This document shows positions 1 to 12,691 of a DNA stretch of 64,000 nt, piece after piece; position 1 is the first letter of the stretch, and the number at the start of each line of letters is the position of its first letter. The stretch covers positions 34,906,001 to 34,970,000 of the forward strand of contig OZ286459.1 of NCBI GenBank assembly GCA_965644265.1. The letters are read 5' to 3'. A program made the position numbers and the translations under genes. This stretch comes from Glycera tridactyla (lineage: Eukaryota). Under the pieces are notes generated by a model that had not been told where the DNA came from, ran no database searches, and saw only the letters and a program-made list of their open reading frames with translations.

Positions 1-843
1 GTACATGCCCTAGTTTATGAACATTTCAGAACCACTGAAGCAAGGATGTACACTGGGAGGGCTGCGTTAGTCCTGACCAATTTTGTTTGAAGTTGAATTT
101 TTTTTTCGAATCCACAAACATGTCATTTTGAACAACCCTGAAAAAAGTACCCATCAACCTTTGAGAGCGGAATTTCCTGATTTATTTTTACCAAACTTCT
201 ATTTTCATGACCATCCACATTAATAAGAGTAGTGGGGCAAGTACTTGGAACCCGGTCCCGGGGGGGGGGGGGGGGGAATTCGTGAGATCCAGACATCCAA
301 GGTATAATTTATAGTGATTTATGGAGTAGCATCATGCATAAATTGTCAATGCTGGCGGAAAAATAAGTCACTATTCCAGAATCATAGTGGTTACATTCAT
401 TATCAGATAAGTGCCATAGCCTTTAGTATATTTGTTATGATTTTGCCAGACATATCATTCACGTTTACATAAAATGCCCAAATCACCGACCAGGATTGAA
501 ATCCACTGACTGTTTACCGATTCGAAAAATTAAAAAAAATCATGACTATATCTGAATACGTGATACGTCACACGTTACAGATACTTCACATCAGCGTCGT
601 ACGTGCTATATTATGACGCCCATGCAATGCACATGTTAGGGATCAAACGGGGTCTCAAAAGGAAGATGAAATTATATGAAATTCACAGACTGACAAGGAG
701 TCATTTCATCCTTGCTGATGTACCATCTTTAACAGGAGTATATCAGAGAATATTCATCTATAGAGAATGATATACACTTTGTCAGATGATTGCCGAGAAA
801 AGGAAAAATGGGAAGATAAGGCGAGTTGCTATGGGGCATTTAC

Positions 844-953
844 CTGTTGATGAGCCCAATTTGTGGTAGCCAAGACAGGGAGGCTGGTAAAGTGGTCCAC
901 ATAATACCTCCGTAGTCCTCCGGATTCCACACCAGATGTACATCATTCCAATG
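844..953 (-). CDS. Copy A exon 4 ([36 protein letters not shown])
   Basis: 110 bp; acceptor gtttccag, donor GTAAAT. Confidence 0.94.
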
Positions 954-3900
954 CTGGAAACAACCATAAATACAATTCAAGATGAGTAAGTAGCTGGTGT
1001 GTGTGGGGGGGGGGGGGCAGTCGAACATGTATGGGGTATCCATCCACGTGTGCATCGTTGTGTGCACTGGTATGTGGTTGATTGATTGATTGATAATTGA
1101 TTGATTGATATCTATTGGTATATATCAACCCAAAACATTATACACGCTGTGTGTACCTGAATTATACAAGTTGGATGTTCTGTCCTCTGAAGGCGTCGAT
1201 CACACAACGCTGAACACAAGTTGTGAAGGTAGCTGACAGTTCAGATACAACTTACTGTACCTCAAATGAACCTGACTTAACTTATCGATGGCATATCTAA
1301 CTATGTAATCGACTGGATGTTAAAAGACTATGATATCCAGGTCTGATTGCAATGCTTTCATTGATGAGTGAAAATACCAGAGATATGCTTCGATTGCTGA
1401 TTTGAGCTAATGACACGATTGGGGGTACGTTGAAATTAGTTAGAACCTCGTATTAATTGTATAGTATATTTGACGCTTGATACCTGTCCTGATACCCAGT
1501 TTGCATTAGTTTGTGATACGACCCTCCGGGGTCTCGCGTTATTTTGTTTGTTGTTCCTGTTATTCGTTACATTTACTTATGCAATAAACAACACTTATCT
1601 TATCTTATCTTATCTTATCTTATCTTATAAGGGAGGACGACACAGTACTTGAAACAAGGAAATGCTTCAGGTCCTGAGAGTACCTAACAAATGTTTTCCT
1701 TTTTGGAAACTTCACAGCGATGTGTGGAGGTCAATTTGCAGTCATATATCATTTATGGGAGCAGTGAACAATACTACCACTTACCATTGTCAACTCGACA
1801 GATGTAGACAGCACCTGGTTGCGTCCATCCTATAATATAAGCATACTCAGAGGGAGGACACTTAAAATATTCGAAACACCATACNNNNNNNNNNNNNNNN
1901 NNNNNNNNNNNNNNNNNNNNNNNNNNNNNNNNNNNNNNNNNNNNNNNNNNNNNNNNNNNNNNNNNNNNNNNNNNNNNNNNNNNNNNNNNNNNNNNNNNNN
2001 NNNNNNNNNNNNNNNNNNNNNNNNNNNNNNNNNNNNNNNNNNNNNNNNNNNNNNNNNNNNNNNNNNNNNGGATCCGGTTTTACTTTGTGAAAAATATCTA
2101 CTATCATTACAGGATATATATGTCCCTGGGATATCATTGTCTCCAAATATTCCAGGGGTAGGGCTTCAGGGAAGGTGGTTACATTCACAAGATTCAGAGA
2201 CAAATCTGTTTCATGAAAAGATGAATCTGTGGTTATTGAATGGAAAACTATATCCCACTTGGGCACACTGCCAAGATATTGCACCCGTCTTGTGTCCTCG
2301 TTATATCTCAATGAACTCTCACCTCATGGGATATCATAATATAAAGTGGAGTACCACAAATCCTGGATATATTAGCTTTCGTAGTGTGTGAGTTTTTTTC
2401 TCAATTGTAAGTGAATACACAAGACAAAATCCTTCATTGATTTGGTTTTGGTATAGTTTGAGAGCAGCAGCTGGATTATATTGGAATGCTCATGCAATCG
2501 GCATAGGTGAGAACACCCAAGACTTGTCCTCGATACCCAGTGAAGGGTGGAAATCTATGATTGTTTAACATCTCTGTGATGAGGAGTGGCAGAAGTGAGA
2601 ATCGTACCAGTTCGATGATTTGCAGGAGATGCATGAAGAGTGAGAGATCGAGAGGAGTTTTCTCAGTTACGGGCAGAGTGGCTTTATAACCAGACATCAG
2701 GTCATCAAATAGCGAGTCATACGGAGTGGTCACTGCAATCAGAGTACACAGTATACAACCAATAGTGGCAGGTTACAGTCAAAACAAGAGTGCTTAGTCA
2801 CTCAGTGGAGAAATTGCACAATCGGTATTTGCTTATAGTGAAACAGTGCCAGCTTCCAAGCTCCACCTCCTGCCTGCTAAGACTCTACCAACCATCTCTT
2901 TGACTGGAATCGCACGGTTTTACCTACGTGGCATTCCCAGATTTGTTCATTTGTTTGTTTGACTGTTTTGACTGATCTCGGTCCAGTACTACTAGAACGT
3001 CCCCTAGGCCCCAAGAATCAGTGAGGTTATTCCCCAAAACTGGGGATTATATATCGTGTTTCTGTCTCTATTTGGAACTCCCCTGGTCAGGTGATACATC
3101 AGGTGACATAGTCATGTGACATCTCTCCTCCACTCACGTGTAACTCATGGAGCATGACAAGCGCGCTCAAGCTCAGTGCACATGCTCCCCTCCCCCATGC
3201 CGAAAGCATGGTCACTGGAGCATGTCCATCGACATCGGCGAGGTTATTCACGTGTCGTTACACATAAGTCACCCCATGCCATTGGTATGGCGGCTTTGCT
3301 GATACAATTCTGCATGTATGGTTTTATACGAATTTATTGAACTAACACTACCACTGGCCGACGCAGCTCCCCCATTTGCCCCATTAACAACGGTCCATAC
3401 TAAACTGGACATGCTGCATGTGGTTCACAATAGATGGTTGGAAAAGGTCAAATATCATGGATATCGTCAGACTCCCTGAACAAGCGAATCGCGGATATAG
3501 GTTTGTTAAGTAAATAGAGAAAATCTGCTCTGAGCTAGTGGTTTCATCTGATGTAGATCCCAGTGTTGACCTGTGTGAGTTCGAAAGATCGCTTAAATAA
3601 GGGCCAGACTGGAACAAGAAAAGGAGTCTGCAAGTAAATCCAAGCTTTGTATATACGTAAAACGGCAGGCTAATGAACCTATATCCCTTGTGCAGTCGAG
3701 GCTGACACAAAACGAAAGATCCCTGGTAGACAGGTTTCCTTGTGAAATACTCCCGATAGAGTTTAGGTTAGGCAGGGATGGTGGTAAAGAGCTGTGAGAA
3801 AGATGTTTGTGATGTGTGATGAGGGCCAAATTGAGGATGAGGTTCATTTCGTGTTAGGCTGCCCTGCATATGTGGAGACAGGATGTAGCATATTGGAACA

Positions 3901-6900
3901 CATGAAGCTCTTGAACATATTCACACCCTTAAGTGACATCGGTGAGTTGAAGTGTCTTTGTGAAATGCAAAATATGAAGTTGTTTGGTCGATTCCTGAAA
4001 GAGATGCGGGAGTATAGGGGCACTGTCTATTGGTCCTCTATTTTCACCTGCACACAACAACCTGAAGATCATCCCTTAGACATGGATCTCGAAAATTGAG
4101 AATTCCACCGTAATGATAATAATAATGATAATAAAAATAATAATACACACTTCTTTATTCACGCAATTCAATTGAGAAATGTCACTCTTGGATGTATGTC
4201 ACCTAGATTCACTGTGGCCGCTGGAACGTTTACACATTCCACGGTCATTCGCATGGGTCACAAGTGCAATCAACAATGTGCAGCCACGGGGTCTTCATAT
4301 AACAGATTATTCCCCAATAAATAACAAGGTGAATTTTAAAGTAAATCATAGTCAGTATGGAACCAAGTCAAAACATATAATTGTGATATGAATATACCTT
4401 TTATTCAAATCTATTCGTGGTATTTCCATGACAATACTGATTTTCGTGGTAATAGATGCTCTTTTGAAATGGTAGAAAATTTGCAGTGAGCACAGGAAGC
4501 ACCAATTGTGTACTGCATAAGTGCAGTAATTAGAGGGCCACCAAAATTTCATGACCATTACAATCTTAAATCTTAATAGGGTCATTACCAATGACCCTGG
4601 ACGGTATGACTCTGTTCCATACTCCATATGACTATAGCATAGTAGTTCAATTCTACATATGCAAGTACATGATAATATCACACAATGAACTACTCCACTC
4701 ATCCCGGTCTTGCATTAAGGTCCTCAGTTAGGTGGTGTTAGTTGCTCCAGCGTATTTCTTGAGAGTACCTTGCTTTATCCCTCCAAGAGTGGGTTCCCAA
4801 AGGAGAAGTGAGGATGCTGGCAACTCAGGGTGTCTGAGGCAGTGACCTGCTAGCTTGGGTCTTCTTGTAGCTATCTTATACGTGACTTTAGGGAGAGTCC
4901 CATAGAGATCTTTGGTGGTTAGGTGTTGCTGCCAACTGATGTTATAGACCACTCCCAGCATTCATGTGTAGCAACCATCCAGAGACTTTGACAGAACAGC
5001 AGTCAGTGTCCATGTCTCACAGCCATAGAGTAGGATGTAGCAGTTTAAGGCTATAAGATGCTGCATACTGATAAATGACATGGCCATAGTCAATTATAGA
5101 AGGTACCAATGACTTGAGAAGAATAGTGCAATTCTTAACACTTAGATATCCACATGCTATCTTTATAACTTCGAGCCTCTTATTTACTTCCGAACTTAGG
5201 TGAAAAATATGGTCTCTAAATGTCAAGTGGGTATCCAGAATGTAGCCCAAATATTTGTAATTCCTAGTTTCTTCCACCACAATATTGTTCAGTCTTGAGG
5301 ATATCGGGGAGTCTATGTGGGTATTTTGGGTGGTAAAGAATCTCATTACGCTAAATTTGGCAACATTCAGTGTAAGCTTGTTCATGTTGAGCCATTGCTC
5401 CACTCTTTTCAAGTCAGACTGCAATCTATGTTCGGCTCCATTGATATTTGACGCACTAAAGTAGATTGCAGTATCGTCTGCATAAAGCGATATATATTGC
5501 AATATCCTTGTGATGTCATTCATATATAATATGAAAAGCAGAGGGCCAAGTATTGACCCCTGCGGGATGCCAAAACTTATTTGTGACTTATCTGAAAGTA
5601 CACCATTCAATTAAGTATTTTGTGCACAATCACAATTTCTAAACCATCTTAGGGACGACGCTGAAGAACCAAGTTTGTCCAATTTGGCGAGGAGATGTCA
5701 ACCGTATTGAATGCTTTCTTTAAATCTAGGAAAGCTACTACTGTTATTTTCCCTAGTTCAACAGCATTATGAATATTGTCCAGGAATTGTATGGTTGCAG
5801 TGGTTGCTGAATGGACTTTCCTAAAACCTGATTGGTATATTGTTAATAATTGATTGTCCTCTATCGATAAAGTTGACCGTGGACACCTCTCTCCAAAATC
5901 TTCATAAAAATGCTTAGCATGGATATTGGTCTGTAGTTGGTAGGTATATTTCGTGGTCCCTTTTTTATGTATAGGCGTGAAAGTGGCTGTATTCCAATTC
6001 GGAGGAATGCTGCTAGTATCAATCGCCATTTTCATCATGCAAAGCATATGGGGGTGCTATGTGGTAAGTGGACAATCTTGCATTTATACCATTTAAGTCA
6101 GTTGATCCGTGTGTTGGCAGTGTTTCCAGGGCCTCAGTGACCTCATCCATTGATAGATGCTCCATGATACATGGTAATCGTCCTCTGATAATGGGACGTC
6201 ATAAATCATCTGGATCAACATATTGGATATTTCTCGCTGAAGACTCGCCAACCTGACAGAAGTGGTTTGCCATATCATCGTCTGTGGGGTGATCATTACT
6301 CAGAGGTACACTGGTCTGAGTAGCGGACTTTGGTAGAAACTTTTTCACAGCTTGCAAAAAGTTTTCAGGCTTATTCCTATTCTCTATGAGGTCCTTTGTA
6401 TATATTCCCTTGGAGAGTTAGTGCTTTATCGAAAATTGAAGTAGAGATTCTCATCCCACTCTCTAGTGACCACCGCATCACATCAAGATGAGGAGTACTT
6501 CAAAGACGCTACTTCGAATGTTGCAAAGGGAGTAGGAAATTTGGGTGTGTGATATATCTGCTTTTGTGTGGGGAGAGTCTGTAGCAGGAAAAGTTACAGC
6601 CACTCTCATGATCATTTTCCAAAGGCGTCTAAGATAGGACTTCTCTCAACCGACCACATGCTGCATACAATCATACACAAACATTGATCGCTCATCCACC
6701 CCCGCCCACACATATACACATGATTATGACAGACAGACAGACAGACAGGAATACGGACAGACGGACCCACCCTTTCCCCATTTCACATATCCCACGAGAT
6801 TAAACAGAAGGCCCTGTCTGGGTGGCTGGTGAGGGTTTTATTGACATACAACCAGCATGAGCCAACAGTCACACGTGGGAATAAAGCCATGTGGTGGGTA

Positions 6901-9900
6901 GAGATCGACTGTTCTCTCGGGCAACAATCGGTCTCCATGTACCCTGCTCAAACATTAATGGTTTCTGTAATATCTAGCATCAACTCCACTCAGGAATCTC
7001 ACCAGTACAGAGATGGTTGGCTGTTTGATCACCATCCGGGCTATATTGAGATGCTCATGCAATGGTGAGATTATCGGAGGCCCCCTTCTTGGTGCAATAG
7101 GGTGGTATACCTCGTAAATGAAATGTGTGAATATTGCAAGCATTCCGATTGAACAGAGCAGATTTGTTGTATCTTGTACTTCAGGCACACCTCACTCTGA
7201 CATAAACATGATCAATTTAACGTCAACATCATCAGGTTGGGTCTCCTGATGCAATAATGGCATGCCAGATTTTGTGGTCTTCCATGCACGACTTGATTCA
7301 AGCTGCAGATCACATCCCTGTGTCTTGTCTTAGTTGTTCATCAAAGGTGTATTGGTGTGGGGCTACCCCTTGGGCCAGCTCCCATAAGATGGGGTTGCTG
7401 ACTGCCAGTTCCTGGTGTCACATGCAGTGTCCAGCCATTCAGAGGAGATTGGTCCTAATTTTCCTGGAGACTTGAGTGAGTTCAGCATACAGGATCTCAT
7501 TGCTGACATGATCCTTCCATGAGACATTTAAGGCCACTCTGAGCATGCCTGCCTAACACCCATTGAGCCTTGCTTCATGTTGCGAAGTGAGAGTCCAAGC
7601 TTCTGAGTCATAGAGCAGGATAGATTCAACAGTTGCAACAAATAGCTTCCTCTTCAGGCTATCAGCCATGTCAGACTGCCACACATTCTCAACTTCATGG
7701 AAACCCCGTCAAGCTCGGCTCTTCCATATTCTGATGTCTTTCTCTGATGAGCTGATGTAGAAGCCAAGGTACTTGAAGTGTGCCTTGACTGCTAGGACTG
7801 ACTTGTCCAATTTATTGATCTTGACATCTTCTTTGATGTTATATGCCATCACCTTTGCATTGGGCCTTAGTCCCACTTTTCTGCATTTCTGTTCCACACT
7901 CAGAAGCAACTGTTGTTCCTGCTTGATACAGTCAGTGGTTGTTGAATGGACTTCCCTAAAACCTGATCGTAATATTGTCAATAATTGATTGTCCTCTACA
8001 TATTGATGAAGTTGACCGTGGACACCTCTCTCTAAAATCTTCATAGAAATGCTGAGCACGGATATTGGTCTGTAGTTCGTGGGTATATCTCATGGTTTCT
8101 CTTTATGTATTGGCGTGAAAGTGGCTGTATCCAATCTTTTCATGGGATAATTCTGTATACTTATTAAGTTAACCGGGCTATCAGATTCGAGCCATGTCTT
8201 ACTCAGACAGAGGATAGATAGCTTGTATGCAGTGGTTGTTGAATGGACTTCCCTAAAACCTGATTGTAATATTGTCAATAATTGATTGTCCTCTACATAT
8301 TGATGAAGTTGACCGTGGACACCTCTCTCTAGAATCTTCATAGAAATGCTGAGCACGGATATTGGTCTGTAGTTCGTGGGTATATCTCATGGTTTCTCTT
8401 TATGTATTGGCGTGAAAGTGGCTGTATCCAATCTTTTCATGAGATAATTCTGTATACTTATTAAGTTAATCGGGCTATCAGATTCGAGCCATGTCTTACT
8501 CAGACAGAGGATAGATAGCTTGTATGCTAGTAGCAGCAATTGAAGTTGTTCCAACTTATTAGTCATGCTACGGACATTTAGATGTGCCATGTGTAGCCCT
8601 CGTTTGCTGCACAGTTGATTAAAAAAATCAGAGTTGCCTCATATAGATGTATGAGGGACTGACATAGGGCCAGACACAGAACATTAATGCTAAGTAATCA
8701 ACATGGCTCCCAGGTAGTTCAGAGGGCATCTTGTTTTGGTCAAACCGATTATAGATCATGGTCCAGATAAAGTAACTAGTACTCTCTCATTCTGTGCAAA
8801 ATGTATATTAAGGGTAATATATGAAACACTTATTAGTAAATAAATGCCTTCAAGTATGTTATACATACAGAATGTTCTATATGATGATGTATTGCTATAA
8901 TGTATTGCTATAACATTGATCTTGGGTCCAATATCGAACCCTTTCTACTGACAAATCTGATATCAATTATACACAAAAGATGTGCACTGAAATACACCCT
9001 GCGAACAGATCCATGCACATCTCACGTTTATTTTCATAAAAGTGAAAACTGTGAAGAGATATCACTTGGAGAGTTAGTGCTTTATCGAAAATTGAAGTAG
9101 AGATTCTCGTCCCACTTTTTAGTGACCACAGGATCACATCATGATGAGGAGTACTTCAAAACGCTACTTCGGATGTTGCAAAGGAGGGTAGGACATTTGG
9201 GTGTGTGATACATCTGCTTTTGTGTGGGGAGAGTCTGTAGCAGGAAAAGTTACAGCCACTCTCATGATCATTTTCCAAAGGCGTCTAAGATAGGACTTCT
9301 CTCAACCGACCAAATGCTGCATACAATCATACACAAACATTGATCGCTCATCCACCCCCGCCCACACATATACACATGATTATGACAGACAGACAGACAG
9401 ACAGGAATACGGACAGACGGACCCACCCTTTCCCCATTTCACATATCCCACGAGATCAAACAGAAGGCCCTGTCTGGGTGGCTGGTGAGGGTTTTATTGA
9501 CATACAACCAGCATGAGCCAACAGTCACACGTGGGAATAAAGCCATGTGGTGGGTAGAGATCGACTGTTCTCTCAGGCAACAATCGGTCTCCATGTACCC
9601 TGCTCAAACATTAATGGTTTCTGTGATATCTAGCATCAACTCCACTCAGGAATCTCACCAGTACAGAGATGGTTGGCTGTTTGATCACCATCTGGGCTAT
9701 ATTGAGATGCTCATGCAATGTGAGATTATCGGAGGCCCCCTTCTTGGTTCAATAGGGTGGTATACCTCATAACTGAAATGTGTGAATGTTGCAGGCATTT
9801 CGATTGAACAGAGCAGATTTGTTGTATCTTGTACTTCAGACACACCTCACTCTAACATGAGCATGATCAATTTAACGTTATCATCATGAGGTTGGGTCTC

Positions 9901-12691
9901 CTGATGCAATAATGGCCTGCCACATTTTGTGGTCTTCCATGCACGACTTGATTAAAGCTGCAGATCACATTCCTGTGTCTTGTCTTAGTTGGTCATCAAA
10001 GGTGTATTGGTGTTCACCAAGTGAAGCTACCCCTTGGGCTGGCTCCCACAAGATGGGGTGCCGACTGCCAGTTCCTGGTGTCACATGCAGTGTCCAGCCA
10101 TTCAGAGGAGGTTGGTCCTAATTTTCCTGGAGACTCAAGTGAGTTCAGCATACAGGATCTGAGTCTTAATGCAGGATAGATTAAACAGTTGCAACAAATA
10201 GCTCCCTCTTTAGGCTCTCAGCCATGTCAGACTGCCACATTCTCAACTTCATGGAGAGCCTGCCAAGCTCGGCTTTTCCATATTCTGATGTCTTTCTCTG
10301 ACAAGCTGATGTAGGAGCCAAGGTACTTGAAGTCTGCCTTGACTGCTAGGACTGACTTGTCCAATTTCTTGATCTTGACATCTTTGATGTTATATGCCAG
10401 CACCTTTGCATTGAACCTTAGTCCCACTTTTCTGCATTCCTATTCCATGCTCAAAAGCAACTGTTGTTTCCTGCTTGATACAGTCAGATACCGGTGCAAT
10501 GTCATCTGCGAAGTCTAGGTCAGTTTGTTTCATGGGCTCAACTCGTCTGCTCTTTCTGGGAGTCACTGTGAAGCCATATTGTTCCTCTTTTCCTGATATC
10601 ACCTGACATAGCACATAGTCAAGGAGGATTATGAACAGATATGGTGCCAATTCGTCTCCCTGTAGAACACAAGAGAGTATGGAGGAAGTTCTCGTTTCCC
10701 TATCAGGTGAAAACACTGTAATTGTCAATCTTGGTTAGGTCTCCAGATTTAGGGATAGGTATGATGTTGAGGTCTGTCCATTGATCTGAGAGCTCTTGGG
10801 CTATGTGTGCCTTATTACATATATAGAGTACAATCAATATGGACCCAACCATCTACACCTGAGACCATTTCACAGAAGAATCAATAGAAGCCTAGGATAG
10901 AACAGACCTGTTAATAGTTCAGTGAAAAATGATTAACAAGCGATGAATAAATAAGAAGACATCTTTTTATCCTCCACACCACGGACCTACATTAGATACG
11001 TCCATGTCCACATTGAAAGCTATTGAGAAAATAGAGGAGGTGCTGCTACACCTAGGCCAGATCATCCATGATGGCAACACTTAAAAGTAAATATCCCTCA
11101 TTCATTGGTGGCTGCCATCTATAGAGACCCTGGTCTTCAACTCTATCCACATGCTATGGGCAGTGTGAGCCATATGCAATATTCATGGAGTTGAATGATC
11201 TCAGCTCTTGGCAGCGATTGTCAATAGGCTGGCAAATACTGAATACCTGTAATGAATATCTGACCAGTTAATTACTGGAATTTTTATGGATTACATCCCT
11301 AGTTCATGGCATTATTGACATGCCAAGTATTGCAGAAATACATATAAAAAAATCTATCAAGTGCACATTTCATCGTGAGATATATAAATTACTCGGTCAC
11401 ATGGGATTTCACGTGGACAATAGCCATGTGAAAACTAGTCGAACTTGTCCCGCATGCGTTCTTCCATTTTATCCTAAGAAAAATTAAATTTTCTCCCACC
11501 TCTCGTTGCACTTCCTGCCTGCTTACATCGGTCCACACAATTCTTAATATCTCTGAGGATGGCTTTTATACAACATATCAGTCATGAAGATGATTTCTGT
11601 GCTTACCATGATGCGGGTTCATGTTGAAAATCTGAAGTTTGAGATCACACCGAAAGTGCTCATGTGATTTACCCCATAAGTCAACCACATTCAGAAAAGA
11701 GAAGCGCAAGAACTTTTTGGTAGTCAGCCACTTCATTTCCATTTCGGAAGTAATTTCCTTCATAATTTGGTATCCACCACCACCACCACCACTACCACCA
11801 CCACCACCACCAACAACATCAACAACAACAACAACCAGCCGACCACCAACCCATGCAGTTTCCAGCCAGTTACATAGTTAGATATTCCATCTTCGGGTTC
11901 ATTATGTTCATGTTGAGGAGTTGGAGGTGTGTCAGAACTGTTAGCTACTTCCACTTGACAACCCTTCAGGTCCCCCATCATCTTGTGTTCTGAGTTTGTG
12001 TGAGTGATGTCTGCAGAGGAGAGAACATATAGATTGTATTGACCAGGAACCTACAATACACATAATCCTCTGGGTTGGTACATGTCGTTAAACCCAACCA
12101 CCACCCACCCACCACCCACCCACCAAGCACACACCACCCACCCACCCACCACCCACCCACGGCGGTGTTGCCGTGAGCTGCGCTGATGTCAGGTCAGAAA
12201 TGACATTACAACCCTGATCTACAGAACGTAGCACTTATTCGGACACTCCATCAAAACAGGGGATATTCTCACATCATATTAATGTTCATCAGGTGATATT
12301 TCACCCGAGAAAAAAGTTCAATACAGACACGAGGTGCAATTTTACAGCGTTTACGCGAAATTCTCTGCATATTGGTGAATTCCGTGTTATTAAATCGATT
12401 CTGTGATTCCGTGAGGAATTTCTGTATAGCAGTATATGACTGGCCCTAATGATGCCATTATAAAAATCAGTTCATGTTAAGTACAGATTAATCACAGCGG
12501 GAACTACGTTGGTGGGATGAACGGAAATGTGTTGCTTGGGGCAAAGTCGACGATATATTTAGACAATACCTAAGAAATAGTTGGCTCATCACCAGTGTGC
12601 GCCATCTTGGACACTCACCATTCATGGCTTGAGTTGATAATAGCTGCAGTAGAGTCACCAGTAGGAGAAGGCTACTGTGGATGCCCTTCAT
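844..12691 (-). CDS. Divergent nAChR-like subunit, copy A, exons 1-4 (12619-12691, 2608-2732, 1785-1829, 844-953); remainder lies left of the window
   Basis: Same exon lengths (73/125/45/110 bp) and phases as copy B; 96 of 117 visible residues identical by hand count; open frame. Confidence 0.9.
1785..1829 (-). CDS. Copy A exon 3 ([15 protein letters not shown])
   Basis: 45 bp; donor GTAAGT; differs from copy B only by two synonymous changes. Confidence 0.92.
2608..2732 (-). CDS. Copy A exon 2 ([42 protein letters not shown])
   Basis: 125 bp; acceptor ctgattgcag, donor GTACGA. Confidence 0.92.
3720..4030 (+). mobile_element. LINE 3'-end relic (Cys/His knuckle), intron 1 of copy A; counterpart at ~29880-30130 in copy B
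   Basis: Translates to CDEGQIEDEVHFVLGCPAY, the C-x2-C...EDE.HF...CP.Y C-terminal motif of non-LTR elements; same position in both paralogues. Confidence 0.7.
4720..4960 (-). mobile_element. RTE-clade LINE C-terminal fragment
   Basis: RRPKLAGHCLRHPELPASSLLLWEP motif. Confidence 0.75.
4995..6330 (-). mobile_element. CR1/L2-type LINE reverse transcriptase relic, frameshifted
   Basis: GIPQGSILGPLLFILYMND, YADDT, FLDLKKAFNTVD, QSGFRKVHS and YKYLG motifs across broken frames. Confidence 0.9.
6409..7935 (+). repeat. ~1.5-kb direct segmental duplication; partner at 9065-10487
   Basis: Near-identical sequence starting cttggagagttagtgctttatcg at 6409 and 9065 (offset 2656); the second copy lacks a ~120-bp internal piece. 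Confidence 0.92.
7260..7935 (-). mobile_element. RTE LINE relic inside duplicated block
   Basis: FKYLGFYISSSEKDIRIWKSRA and following RTE C-terminal motifs. Confidence 0.8.
7933..8600 (-). mobile_element. Internally deleted CR1/L2 piece (endonuclease start fused to pre-RT region), two tandem 297-bp copies
   Basis: AHLNVRSM...CLSKTWL (APE endonuclease) runs directly into TATFTPIHK...QSGFREVHSTTT; units start at 7933 and 8230. Confidence 0.85.
9910..10870 (-). mobile_element. RTE LINE RT relic; counterpart at ~31300-31780 and ~32110-32690 in copy B intron 1
   Basis: VLQGDELAPYLFIILLDYVL and DLDFADDIA motifs. Confidence 0.88.
11775..12160. repeat. (CCA/CAA)n and CCAC low-complexity tracts flanking a SINE-like family-2 copy (~11860-12100)
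   Basis: Visible simple repeats; the middle matches 31880-32120 and the reverse complement of 17195-17375. Confidence 0.8.
12619..12691 (-). CDS. Copy A exon 1, signal peptide MKGIHSSLLLLVTLLQLLSTQAMN
   Basis: Donor G|GTGAGT; splices to exon 2 giving ...AMNVTT (an N-glycosylation sequon); upstream in-frame ATG at 12709. Confidence 0.85.

Noticed and set aside
1819-2391. Overlapping 190-aa (+) and 149-aa (-) ORFs in copy A intron 2, absent from copy B; faint likeness to Penelope RT (NLF...P.W...DI)
   Set aside because: Lengths are inflated by a 185-bp N-gap and no diagnostic motif is intact; needs blastx.
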